Source of the DNA: an uncultured Chloroflexia bacterium
Lineage (GTDB): Bacteria > Chloroflexota > Limnocylindria > Limnocylindrales > CSP1-4
Assembly (NCBI GenBank): GCA_963735865.1
Contig: CAVTML010000002.1
Coordinates: forward strand, 1,811,871-1,875,870
DNA: 64,000 bases
Direction: 5' to 3'
Position 1 is the stretch's first letter, and every line of letters begins with the position of its first letter. Below, piece by piece: positions 50,701 through 60,346 of the stretch. A program made the position numbers and the translations under genes. Under the pieces are notes generated by a model. That model was given only the letters and a program-made list of their open reading frames with translations. It was not told the DNA's origin and searched no databases.

Positions 50701-53504
50701 GCCGTGCCAGGGTGCGCAGGATCGCGTCGATCATCAGCCAGGCCTGGTGGGCGAGGAACGTGATGCCGAGCGCCACTGGGCCGCGGCGAGGGCGACGTCC
50801 GCGCCCACGGCTCGCAGGTGGCTGCGCTTGGAGATGCCCCGCCGCCGCGGCAGCAGGCCCGCCAGCACGGGCAGCGCCAGGCGGGACGACCAGCGCCACC
50901 AGGACGAACGCGGTCCACAGGCCGGCCGAGACCGACGGGTAGCGTCCAGGCCGCCAGCGAGCGTGGCCAGCGTCAAGGGAGCCGACATGCGTCCGGCGCA
51001 GGTTGTCGACCATCTTCCAGCGGGCGATGCCGGGGATGGAGATCCGGCCTCGCTGGCCCGTCGCGTCGCGGGCCCGGCCGAGGATCCAGGGCAGGAGCTG
51101 CCAGTCGCCCCGCGCCCAGCGGTGCTGGCGGGCCGCCGCGACCAGGTAGTGCGACGGGAATTCGTCGAAGAGCTCGATATCGGTGACCAGCCCGGCCCGG
51201 GCGAAGACGCCCTCGAACAGGTCATGGCTCAGGAGCGCGTTCTCGGGTACCCGGTCGGCCATCGCCGCGCTCGAAGGCGTCGAGGTCGTAGATCCCCTTG
51301 CCGGTGAAGCTCCCCTCGCCGAACAGGTCCTGGTAGACGTCGGAGACGGCGGAGGCGTACGGGTCGATCCCGGCCGATCCGGTGAAGATCCGCTGGAAGA
51401 TCGAGGCCTCGTGTTCGGCCGGCAGCGTTGCGGTGATCCGTGGCTGGAGCAGGCCGTAGCCGTGGGTCACCCGGCCGGCCCGCGCATCGAAGGTCGGCTG
51501 GTTGAGCGGGTGGGCCATCGTCCCCACGAGGCGCCCCACCGCCCCGCGAGGCAGCCGCGTGTCGGCATCGAGCGTGACCACGTAGCGCACGTCCGTGCGG
51601 CACGGTCGACGCGGTCCGCCCGGGCGTCAGGATGCTGGTCGTCGTCGAGCCGCGCAGGAGGGCATTCAGCTCGTCGAGCTTGCCGCGCTTGCGCTCCCAG
51701 CCCATCCAGCAGCCCTCGGCCTCGTTCCAGCGGCGCTTTCGGTGGAAGAGCAGGAACCGGGCGCCTCCGCCCGGCGCCTCGCCGTGGCGCTCGTTGAGCC
51801 GGTCGATGGCCGTCGCTGCCGCCGCGAGGAGCTCGTCGTCGCCGGGGACATGCTCGGTCGGGGCGTCGAGCCAGTCCGACAGCAGGGCGAAGCGAAGATC
51901 GCCCTCGCGGTTTCCCAGGTAGTGGACCTCCAGGCCGCCGACCTGGGCCTCGACATCCGCCTCGCTGGTGAGGAGCGTCGGTACGACGACGAGGGTCCGC
52001 AGCCGGGTCGGCACGCCGTCGTCAAGATCGAGCCGGGGCAGCGGTGTCGGGCCCAGCATCCAGGTGACCTCCCGGTTGACGAGGGCCAGCGCGAGGTCGG
52101 AGGCCGGGCCGAGCGCGAGGATCGCGACGACGAGGAGGCTGGCAGCCGCGATGCCTCCATTCGCGGACAGGAGGAGCGGCGCGGCGAGGATGAGGGCCGT
52201 GACCAGCGTCAACGTCGCGAGGTAGCGACGCGCGGCGTTCTGGACATAGGCGCGCCGCAGCCGATCCGCCAACGGCACCCGAACGTGGAGCGCGTGCTCG
52301 AACGCCAGGCGGCCGTCGGAGATCAGGTAGTAGCCGGGGTCTCCGCGTCGATCGCCGAGGGACGCCTGGACGTCGCCAGCCGAGGGCGTGGCGTCCGCCA
52401 TCGCCACGGCCGTCCGGGCCACCTCGACCTCGGTCTGGCCCGAACGCCGCGCCAGCTCTTCGACGGCATGCCGGTAGCGATCGCGAGTCGCGAAGTCCAT
52501 GTCGGCGAACGGACTTCGTGCCCGAAGGACCTCGTCGACCAGGCTGACGCTTTCGACGAACTGGGCCCAGTCGAACCAGGAGATGAGGCGCATGCTCGTG
52601 ATGACGTTGCGGACCGTCACGTTCATCGTCGCCTGGCGCTGGTGCTCGCGGCGGACCAGCTCTTCGGCGCTCGTCCCTTCGGCCGCGAGGAGCTCCTCCA
52701 GCCTGCCGAGGGCGGGGGTGACCGCAGGGTCCTGATCGCGCAGGCGCTGGAAGAGCTGGACCCCGGCCGCCGACGGAAGCGCTGCGCGCGAAAGCCGACG
52801 CAGCGAGGCCGCCGCCACCTCCGGGCTGTCCGTGCCCAGGCCGAGCAGGCCGTCGGCGAGCTCGTCCGCCTCCTGCCGCGCCGCCCGGCTGCGCACGATC
52901 TGCTCGGCCAGGCGCCGGAGGTTCTCGACCAGCAGGATCCGCAGGCTGATCGCGATCGCCCACAGCTCGCCGATCGTCAGCGGTTGCACCCCCTGGTAGG
53001 CGCGCACGATGCGCCGCAGGCTCTCCGGGTCGACGCGGCTGTCCGTGTGCGCGATGTAGGCCCAGGCGAGACCGAGGACCCGCGGGTAGCCTGCGAGATG
53101 GCCCCCGGCCAGCTTGGGGAGCTCGCGGTAGTAGTCCGGGGGCAGGTCGTCGCGGATCTCGCGGAGTTGCTCGTCGACGACGTGGAAGTTGTCGACGAGC
53201 CATTCGGCGGCCGGCGTGATCGCACGCTCGTCCTTGATCGCACGGGCCAGGGCGCGGTACGACGCCGAGCAGGACGCGCCCATTCTCGGCGATGCGGGGT
53301 CCTGACGGCGTGCCCTCGACGGGGCGCGTCGGTGACCGACTGGGCGACGGCAAGGGTCTGCGCGTGCTGCTCCAGCCGCTCGACACTGAAGAGCTCCGCG
53401 AGGATCGGCTCTTCGAGCCTGGCGGTGCGGGCGAACCCGCCGGCGATCGCGACCGAACGGGTCGCGGAGGGCTGGGGCGATCTGATCTTCCTCTCTCAGG
53501 GCAT
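44797..53504 (-). pseudogene. cyclic beta-1,2-glucan synthase-like giant protein (NdvB/ChvB/Cgs type: N-terminal region + GT84 glycosyltransferase + TM segments + GH94 phosphorylase-like C-terminus), at least 12 frame breaks and an in-frame TGA as codon 3
   Basis: PILAELFSVERLEQHAQTLA; ITPAAEWLVDNFHVVDEQLREIRDDLP..YYRELPKL; VVTLDADTRLPRGAVGRLVGTMAHPLN; LSHDLFEG...ARQHRWARGDWQLLPW; SPTNIGMYLL; GGAYGFRDQLQD; C-terminal GWTWYTGSAGWMY...YHSARYQIVVENP. The pieces are spread over 10 or more listed ORFs. Confidence 0.8.
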
Positions 53505-53619
53505 GCCTGGCCGCTTCTGCCCTGCCTTCACCTGGGAACGTGTCGATGATAACGACCGCCCCTGGGCTGCGCCGGACCGCAGACCGAGTGGCTGGGCCAG
53601 TTCGGCTAGCTGCGCCGCC

Positions 53620-54324
53620 TCAGTCGGGCGAGCTCGGTGGTGGGTGCTTCGCGACGAGGGCCGCGGCCTGGGCGCGGCGCACGAGATTGAGCTTGGAGAG
53701 GATCGCACTGACGTAGTTCTTGACCGTCTTCTCGGACAGGAACATCGCCGCCGCGATGCCGCGGTTCGTCTGACCCTCGGCCACCAGCACAAGGATGCGG
53801 CGCTCCTGCGCGGTCAACTCGCCGAGGCCCTCGGCCTGGCCGTCCGCGGCGAGATGCCGGATGCGCGCCAGGACGTGCTGCGTGACTCCTGGGTCAAGCA
53901 GGGACTCGCCGCGGGCCACCGCCTCGAGGCCGGCGATCAGGTCACGCGCGCGAACCTGCTTCAGCAGGTAGCCGCGGGCCCCGGCGAGGATGGCGGCCAT
54001 GACCGCCGCTTCGTCCAGGGTGCCGGTAAGCATCACCACGCGGGTAGCCGGCGATTCGGCGAGGATCTCGCGGCAGGCCTCCACACCGGAGCCGTCGGGC
54101 AGGCGCACATCCATGAGCACGAGGTCCGGCCGCACCCGCCGCGCCTGGGCGACTGCGTCTGCCGCGGTACCAGCCTCGCCCACGACCTCGAAAGCCGTGC
54201 GCCGGCCCAGGATCGCCACGAGGCCCTGGCGGACGACCTCGTGGTCGTCGACCACCAGCAGGCGGACGCGGCCGTCCGCCGGCGTGGTCCTTCGGCGCGA
54301 TCTCTGGATGGCCGTTGTGACCAC
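53620..54324 (-). CDS. NarL/LuxR-family response regulator
   Basis: RLLVVDDHEVVRQGL...DLVLMDVRLPDGSG (receiver); LTAQERRILVLVAEGQTNRGIAAAMFLSEKTVKNYVSAILSKL (LuxR HTH). Intact. Confidence 0.9.
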   Translation of the reverse strand: MVTTAIQRSRRRTTPADGRVRLLVVDDHEVVRQGLVAILGRRTAFEVVGEAGTAADAVAQARRVRPDLVLMDVRLPDGSGVEACREILAESPATRVVMLTGTLDEAAVMAAILAGARGYLLKQVRARDLIAGLEAVARGESLLDPGVTQHVLARIRHLAADGQAEGLGELTAQERRILVLVAEGQTNRGIAAAMFLSEKTVKNYVSAILSKLNLVRRAQAAALVAKHPPPSSPD

Positions 54325-54396
54325 GGTGGCAGCCTACACCCGGGCCCAGGCCTGACAATGGCGCTAGCCTGATCAGCACGGTGAAAGGAGCGGGCG

Positions 54397-55824
54397 ATGG
54401 CCAGCCGTGGTGTGGCCGGCAGCGGTGATCAAGCCGCCCATGCGGACGCGTTCGTCTTCTTCGGCGCGACCGGTGACCTGGCGTTCAAGCAGATCTTCCC
54501 GGCCCTGGCCGGCCTCGTCCGCGACGCTGGCTGGACCATGCCCATCATCGGCATCGCCCGCCACGGCGATCTCGCCAGCCTGCGTGAGCGCGCCCGCCAG
54601 AGCCTGGAGGCGCAGGGCCCCGTCGATCGAGCGGTGCTGCGGCACCTCCAGCAGCAGCTGCGCTTCATCGCCGGCTCGGACGACGATCCCGACACGTTCC
54701 GCCGGCTTCGCGCCGAGCTCGGCCAGGCGGCGCATCCCCTCCACTACCTGGCCATCCCGCCGACGCTGTTCGGCACGGTCATCCCGCTGCTCGGCGAGTC
54801 GGGCTGTGCCGCCGGGGGGCGGGTCATCGTGGAGAAGCCGTTCGGGCGCGACCTGGCGGGGGCGCGGCAGCTCAACGACACGCTCCATCGCGTCTTCGAT
54901 GAGGCGCACATCTTCCGCATCGACCACTTCCTGGGCAAGGAGGCGGTCCAGAACCTGATCTACTTCCGCTTCGCCAACCGCTTCCTGGAGCCGATCTGGA
55001 ACGCCGACCACGTGGCGTCCGTCCAGATCACCATGGCCGAGGCCTTCGATGTGGCCGACCGAGGGGCCTTCTACGACGAGGTCGGGGCGATCCGAGATGT
55101 GCTCCAGAACCACCTCCTCCAGACGCTGAGCATCGTGGCCATGGAGCCGCCCGCCGGCCACACGGCGGAAGCGGTGCGCAACGAGAAGTTCAAGGTCCTG
55201 GACTCGATCCTGTCGCTCCGGCCCCAGGACGTCGTGCGCGGTCAATACGCCGGGTACCAGCGCGTCGAGGGTGTCGCACCGCGCTCCACGGTGGAGACCT
55301 ACGCGGCGGTGCGCCTGCGGGTGAACACCTGGCGCTGGGCCGGTGTCCCCTTCATCGTGCGGACCGGCAAGCGCCTGCCGGTGACCGCGACGGAGGTGCT
55401 GGTCGAGCTCAAGCGTCCACCGGTCGACATGTTCGACGAGGTCGCCCCGAGCGACGCCAACTACCTCCGCTTCCGGCTGAGCCCGGACATGTCGATCTCG
55501 CTCGGCGCGCGGGCCAAGCAGCCCGGGGAACGGATGGTCGGCGAGCAGGTCGAGCTCTACGCCAGCCACCAGAGCGGCACGGAGCGGCCGCCCTACCAAC
55601 GCCTCATCGGGGACGCCGCCATGGGTGACCAGATGCTGTTCGCGCGCGAGGACACGGTCGAGGCCGCGTGGCGCATCGTCGACCCGATCCTGGACCTGCC
55701 GGAGGCCCCGATCTCCTACCGGCGTGGCACCTGGGGCCCCGGGGCGGCCGACTCACTCGTCCCGGCCGGCGAGCGATGGCACGCCCCGGCCAGCGCTGCT
55801 GGAGTCGCGCACTCTCAGACCTGA
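54397..55824 (+). CDS. zwf: glucose-6-phosphate dehydrogenase
   Basis: FVFFGATGDLAFKQIFPAL; active-site RIDHFLGKE; intact 475 aa; AAAGGAG upstream. Confidence 0.9.
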   Translation: MASRGVAGSGDQAAHADAFVFFGATGDLAFKQIFPALAGLVRDAGWTMPIIGIARHGDLASLRERARQSLEAQGPVDRAVLRHLQQQLRFIAGSDDDPDTFRRLRAELGQAAHPLHYLAIPPTLFGTVIPLLGESGCAAGGRVIVEKPFGRDLAGARQLNDTLHRVFDEAHIFRIDHFLGKEAVQNLIYFRFANRFLEPIWNADHVASVQITMAEAFDVADRGAFYDEVGAIRDVLQNHLLQTLSIVAMEPPAGHTAEAVRNEKFKVLDSILSLRPQDVVRGQYAGYQRVEGVAPRSTVETYAAVRLRVNTWRWAGVPFIVRTGKRLPVTATEVLVELKRPPVDMFDEVAPSDANYLRFRLSPDMSISLGARAKQPGERMVGEQVELYASHQSGTERPPYQRLIGDAAMGDQMLFAREDTVEAAWRIVDPILDLPEAPISYRRGTWGPGAADSLVPAGERWHAPASAAGVAHSQT

Positions 55825-55845
55825 TCGTTGAGCGACGAGAGCCCC

Positions 55846-56431
55846 CTACCAGGCAAGGAAGGAACCGGGACAAAGGCCCGATCGGCTCTGTGGGCCCTGA
55901 AAGCGCTCGATCGAACCATCAGCGGGTGTCATGGGCACGGCCTTATGCACCCTGGCTCCGATATGCACGGTTGACTCACGCCCAGGGCAGGGACCGACGA
56001 GACATTTCGCGCCGACCCAGGCCTCGGTCACGCATGGGCGTTTCTTGCTTGCCTCCAGGGCAAGAAATGCCTTGCCTGTGAAGCAAGCGACCGTGGCCGG
56101 CACTGGCCCCCGATCCGCACGCCCACTGATGAGTTCGACCGCATCGGCGCGGGGGGTTCGGGCTTTGTCGGCCGCACGAGCATCCGCCGCCGGACCGTGG
56201 GGGCCAGTACTAGCCCCTCGTTAGTACTTTGGTCACAGGGACGCGCCCCACCCGTCTCGAGACGATTCGTCGGTGGTTGAGCTGAAGCAACGCGCTTCGG
56301 CCAACGCACCGGCCAGGCCGAGGTGCGCTCGGAGGCCGTGACCGTATCGGTTCCGGCCCACGAGAAGTGCCTCTCGGCGGAAGTGGGGAAGCCGGTCGAT
56401 GACGATCATCCCAGCGGTCGTACCTGGACAT
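55846..56431 (-). mobile_element. degenerate relic of an IS5-family (IS4/IS5 superfamily DDE) transposase gene
   Basis: Minus-strand fragments: ALLVGRNRYGHGLRAHLGLAG (compare ..LADKAYSS.A.RAHLR.RGI..) and SIERFQG...SFLAW* (compare ..VERCFN.LKQ.R.IATRYDK....FLA). Many stops, lower GC, no intact ORF. Confidence 0.35.
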
Positions 56432-56451
56432 GCCCCGCGCGGGCGTGACGC

Positions 56452-57697
56452 GTGACGCGCAACCTCCGCGTCTACACGGCCTTCCAGATCGTCCTCGGAT
56501 TCGGCGCCCTCGTCCTGGTGACGCTGGCCCTGCCGCTCGAAACCGCAGTCGGCATCGACATCCCCCGGCTTGGCCCTGAGCTCAACGACGTCCTGGGCGT
56601 GGCCTTCTGGGTCGTGCTGGCCCTGGCCGGTTCGGCCCTCTTCGTGCAGCGTCCGGAGGGTGGGGTCGTGACCCTGGACCTGCCCTTCGTGGTCGCGGCG
56701 ACCGTCCTTGGCGGACCCGTGGCGGGCGGATGGGTCGCCATGGTCGGCAGCTTCGAACTGCGCGAGCTGCGCGCGCCCTGGTATGGCGTGCTGGCCAACC
56801 ACGCCATGGCCACCCTCCCGGCCGTCGTCGCCGGCCTGGTGTGGCTCGACCTTGGCGGCTGGCTGCAGACCCTGGTGTCGTTCAGCCCGGCCGCGCAATA
56901 CCTCATCGCGGCGCTGCTGGCGGCGGGGATCGTGGTGCTGTTGGGCGGCGCGCTGGCGGTCGAGTCCCTCGCCTTGCGGTCCGGGCGGTCGTTCCGGGAG
57001 GTCGCGGCCGAGTTCGGCCTGGGCTACCGGGCGACGATGGCCGCCGAGGCGGTCGTGGCCTGGCTCATGGTGGTCGTGTACCTTGCCGTCGGGTGGTGGG
57101 CCCCGATCGTCGGTGTCATCGCCATCGTCGCCATCTGGCGCGCCTACGGCGCTGACTCCGCAGAGCAGAGCCTGACCCGCGACGCCATGACCGGCCTCCT
57201 GAACGCGGAGACGTTCGGTCAGCGGCTGGAGGACGCCATGGGCCGGGCCGGGCGTCGACGGAAGAGCGCGGGTGGCCATCATCCGGATCGACCTCAACGA
57301 GTTCCGTCGGATCAATGACCGGTACGGTCATGACGTCGGGGACGAGGTCCTGCGGCGGGTCGGTCGGCGGATCCGCGGGTCCATCCGGACCTTCGACCTG
57401 GCCGCCCGCCTGGCCAAGGACGACTTCGTCGTCCTGCTGCTCGACGTGCCGGACGGGGCAGCCGCGCAGCGCATCGCCGGTCGGATCCACCGCGAGATCA
57501 CGCGGCCCATGCAGTCGTCCGGGGCCGGCACCCTCGATATCGGCGCGTCACTCGGGGTGGCCTTCGGAAGCGGCGAGCGGCGCGGCCCCGGAAACGGGGC
57601 TTCCGCCGCCGAGCCCCTGCTGGGACGGGCGACGCTGGCACTTCACCGAGCCCAGCGATCGGGTGGCGGCATCTACGTGGACGACGAGGAGAGCTGA
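56452..57697 (+). pseudogene. polytopic membrane protein with a C-terminal degenerate GGDEF domain (A-site AKDDF, I-site RxxD retained), one frame break near 57275
   Basis: About 240 aa with 6 or more hydrophobic segments, then DAMTGLLNAETFGQRLE...IIRIDLNEFRRINDRYGHDVGDEVLRRVG..IRGSIRTFDLAARLAKDDFVVLL. Confidence 0.75.
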
Positions 57698-57698
57698 C

Positions 57699-59178
57699 AT
57701 GCAGGATCGGGAACGGATCCTGGAGCGGGCCGAGCGGGCCCTGGCCCAGCATGCGATGGACGCCGGATCGATCGAGGACCCTCTCCTGCCAGCGACGCTG
57801 CGCTACCTGGATGCCGCCCACGGAAGCCGGCGCGATCGGAGCGCCATCCTGCGCTGGTGGCCGACCCAGGCGCCCGGGGGCACGCGCAGTGAGCGCCGTT
57901 TCCGATGGGACGTCGTGTGGGACGGCTACCCGACGCAGCGGCGGACGTGGGCTCGCAACGAGGCCCAGGAACGCACCCTGTGGCGGCCCCGCGAGAACGG
58001 CGACCTCGAGCACGAACCCGACCGGGTTCTCGGAGCGCCTCCTGCTGCCGATCGTGCTGACGGAGACGCTCGAGTTCCTGGAGGAGATCGCCGCCGACGA
58101 ACCGGCCCTGGCCAGCGAGGCCGTCCGGCTGCGCGACGAGGCCCTGCCGCTCATGGAGGACGACTTCGCCGCGTTCGTGGGGGCGGCCGATCCGTGGCGC
58201 GATACGTTCGCGCTCTGGCAGCTGACACGTCACCCACGCGCACTCGAGCGACTTGACCCGCTGGCCATCGCCACCGCCACGCGCTACGCGACCCGGGCGC
58301 GGCGAGAGGGCGGCATCGTGCGCGGCGTGCGGTTCCCCTTCTTCGAGGCGCCGCTCCGCTCCGCTTCCGCCCACCTCGCCGGCGCGCTCTGGACGCTCGG
58401 CATCTATCCGACGCTCCTGCCGCACCTGATCGGCTTCGCCGCCGACGAACAGCATCCGGACGGCGGCTGGGGCGACCCCGACCAGCCCTCAGACGTCCTG
58501 ACCACGCTGGCGGTGGCCGACCTCCTGAGCCACCTCGACCCCAGCTTCGACCCCGAGCCGGTCGTGCGCTTCTTCGCCCAGCACCAGGAGCCGGCCGGCT
58601 GGTGGCGTGCCCTCGACCCAGAGACGCCCTGGCTCACCGCCGAGGTCTGTCGCTGGCTGCGGGCGATCGATACGCCATTCGCCGCGCGTTTCCGCTGGCC
58701 GCGCCTGGCCAAGTGGCAGCGCGACCGGAAGACGCAGATGCCGCTGTTCGCCTTCTACCAGGACCTGGCCCGCGTCGCCGCCGAGCTGGAGAACCTGGGC
58801 CAGGCGCACGTCGAGGTCGCCTTCATCGACCTGGTCGGGTTCGGCGACTGGAACAAGACCTACGGGCAGGAGTCGGGGGACCAGGTGCTGGCCGTCCTGT
58901 CCGAGGCGCTGCGCGCCATCCCCGACAGCCTCGTCGTGCGCGACGGTGGCGACGAATTCCTGGTCATCGGGGCCCCCACCGGACGGGACGTGCTGGCCGG
59001 ACGGATGGACGCGTTCGTGCGTGGCTGGCCGGATCGGTTCCGGGCGGCCTTCGGGGCCGAGATCGCCGTCGTGCCGCCCCGCATGGTCATCCTCGACGGC
59101 CGGATGGACGGCGCATTGGAGATCCGGGAGCAGGCAGGCATCGAGGTCGGGCGGATGAAGCTCCAGGGCAAGGCCTAG
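57699..59178 (+). pseudogene. GGDEF diguanylate cyclase with an N-terminal alpha/alpha-toroid (prenyltransferase/terpene-cyclase-repeat-like) domain, one frame break near 58020
   Basis: ADEQHPDGGWGDPDQPSDVLTTLAVADLL and HQEPAGWWRALDPETPWLTAEVCRWL (toroid-repeat pattern). AFIDLVGFGDWNKTYGQESGDQVL...LVVRDGGDEFLVIG (canonical A-site). The ATG lies 1 nt after the upstream stop, with GAGGAG upstream. Confidence 0.7.
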
Positions 59179-59190
59179 AAGGAGGTCCAG

Positions 59191-60346
59191 GTGGCGATCG
59201 TACGAGCGGGTCCCAACGAGTATCTGCTGGTCGGACGGCGAGGCGTCCTGGAGAACCGCGGGTCGGCCGTCACGGTCTACCTGCGCCCGGGCACGATCTA
59301 CGTCCTCGTCCCGAGCACCAAGCAGGAGGCCGCCTTCGAGTTCACCCAGGAGACCAAGGACGGCGTGCCGCTGCGCTTCAAGGGCACCTTCATCTACCGC
59401 GTGGACGACCCGGCAGCCGCCGCGTCCATGTTCGATTTCACCACCGGCAAGGGCACGGCCCAGATCACCGCCTTGCTGACCCATGTCTGCTTCGGCGAGT
59501 TGCGCCACGCGGTCTCCCACATGACGATGGTCGAGTGCATCGAGCAGCGCAAGACGACCCTGAGCGGGGTGGTCAGCGCGGCCCTCCAGGCGACGATCCA
59601 CGGCGACGGTGACACGAGCCGGGAATGGGGCGTGCGCATCGAGGCCGCCCAGGTGGCCCAGGTCTTCATCGTCGACCCCACGCTCCGCCAGCAGCTGGAG
59701 GCGGAGGTCCGCAACGAGATCAAGCTCAAGGCCGACCAGTCCAACATGCATGCCCAGGAGCAGATCCAGCTCGCGCGAGCTGGAGTCGCAGGGTCGCGTC
59801 CAGGAGCAGAAGTTGGCCGGCGACCAGGCATCGCTCCGGCGTGATGAGGAGCTGGAACTGGCCCAGATCGCCCGCCAGCGTCGCGCGCGGACCGAGACCT
59901 TGGCCACCGACCGCCAGGTCCTGGAACTCGACAAGGAACGCCTGCACGCGCAACTCGCGGCCGACCGCGACAAGGTGACCGCCGAAGCTCCGGTTCGGCT
60001 CCTTCGCCTCAAGACCGAGCGCGGGATCCTCGCCGAGGAGAAAGCGGTCCGCGAACTCCAGAATCAGGTCAGGGCACTCGAGGTCGAGCGGGACCTGCTG
60101 CTGTCATGGGCCCAGCAGGACCTGCGGATGGCGATCCTGCCGCTGGAGCAGGCGCCTCAGATCGTGGAGGCGGCATCGAACGTGCTCCGGGGCACGAACC
60201 TGTCCATCTACGGGGAGGGCGCCGAACTGCTCGGCCAGCTCACACCGCTGTTCGACTACATGACGCGTGCGCTCCAGAAGGCGACCCAAGGCCCGGTCGA
60301 GCCCGACCGGCCGTCCGGCGAACCGGCGCCAGCCGGCGTGTCCTAA
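59191..60346 (+). pseudogene. SPFH/Band-7 (flotillin/YqiK-like) protein with a long coiled-coil C-terminus, one frame break near 59770
   Basis: MAIVRAGPNEYLLVGRRG...LVPSTKQEAAFEFTQETKDGVPLRFKGTFIYRV...GVRIEAAQVAQVFIVDP, then heptad-rich ELESQGRVQEQKLAGDQASLRRDEELELAQIARQRR... GAAGGAGG upstream of the GTG. Confidence 0.7.

Noticed and set aside
51595-54372. 925-aa plus-strand ORF, along with other very long ORFs: 2311-3351 (-), 5679-6464 (+), 9243-10301 (-), 18204-19343 (+), 30175-31395 (+), 40640-42049 (+), 58489-60012 (-), 61449-63179 (-)
   Set aside because: These are shadow ORFs antisense or out of frame to clearly recognisable genes. Their composition is Arg/Gly/Ala/Pro-rich low complexity, typical of high-GC non-coding frames.
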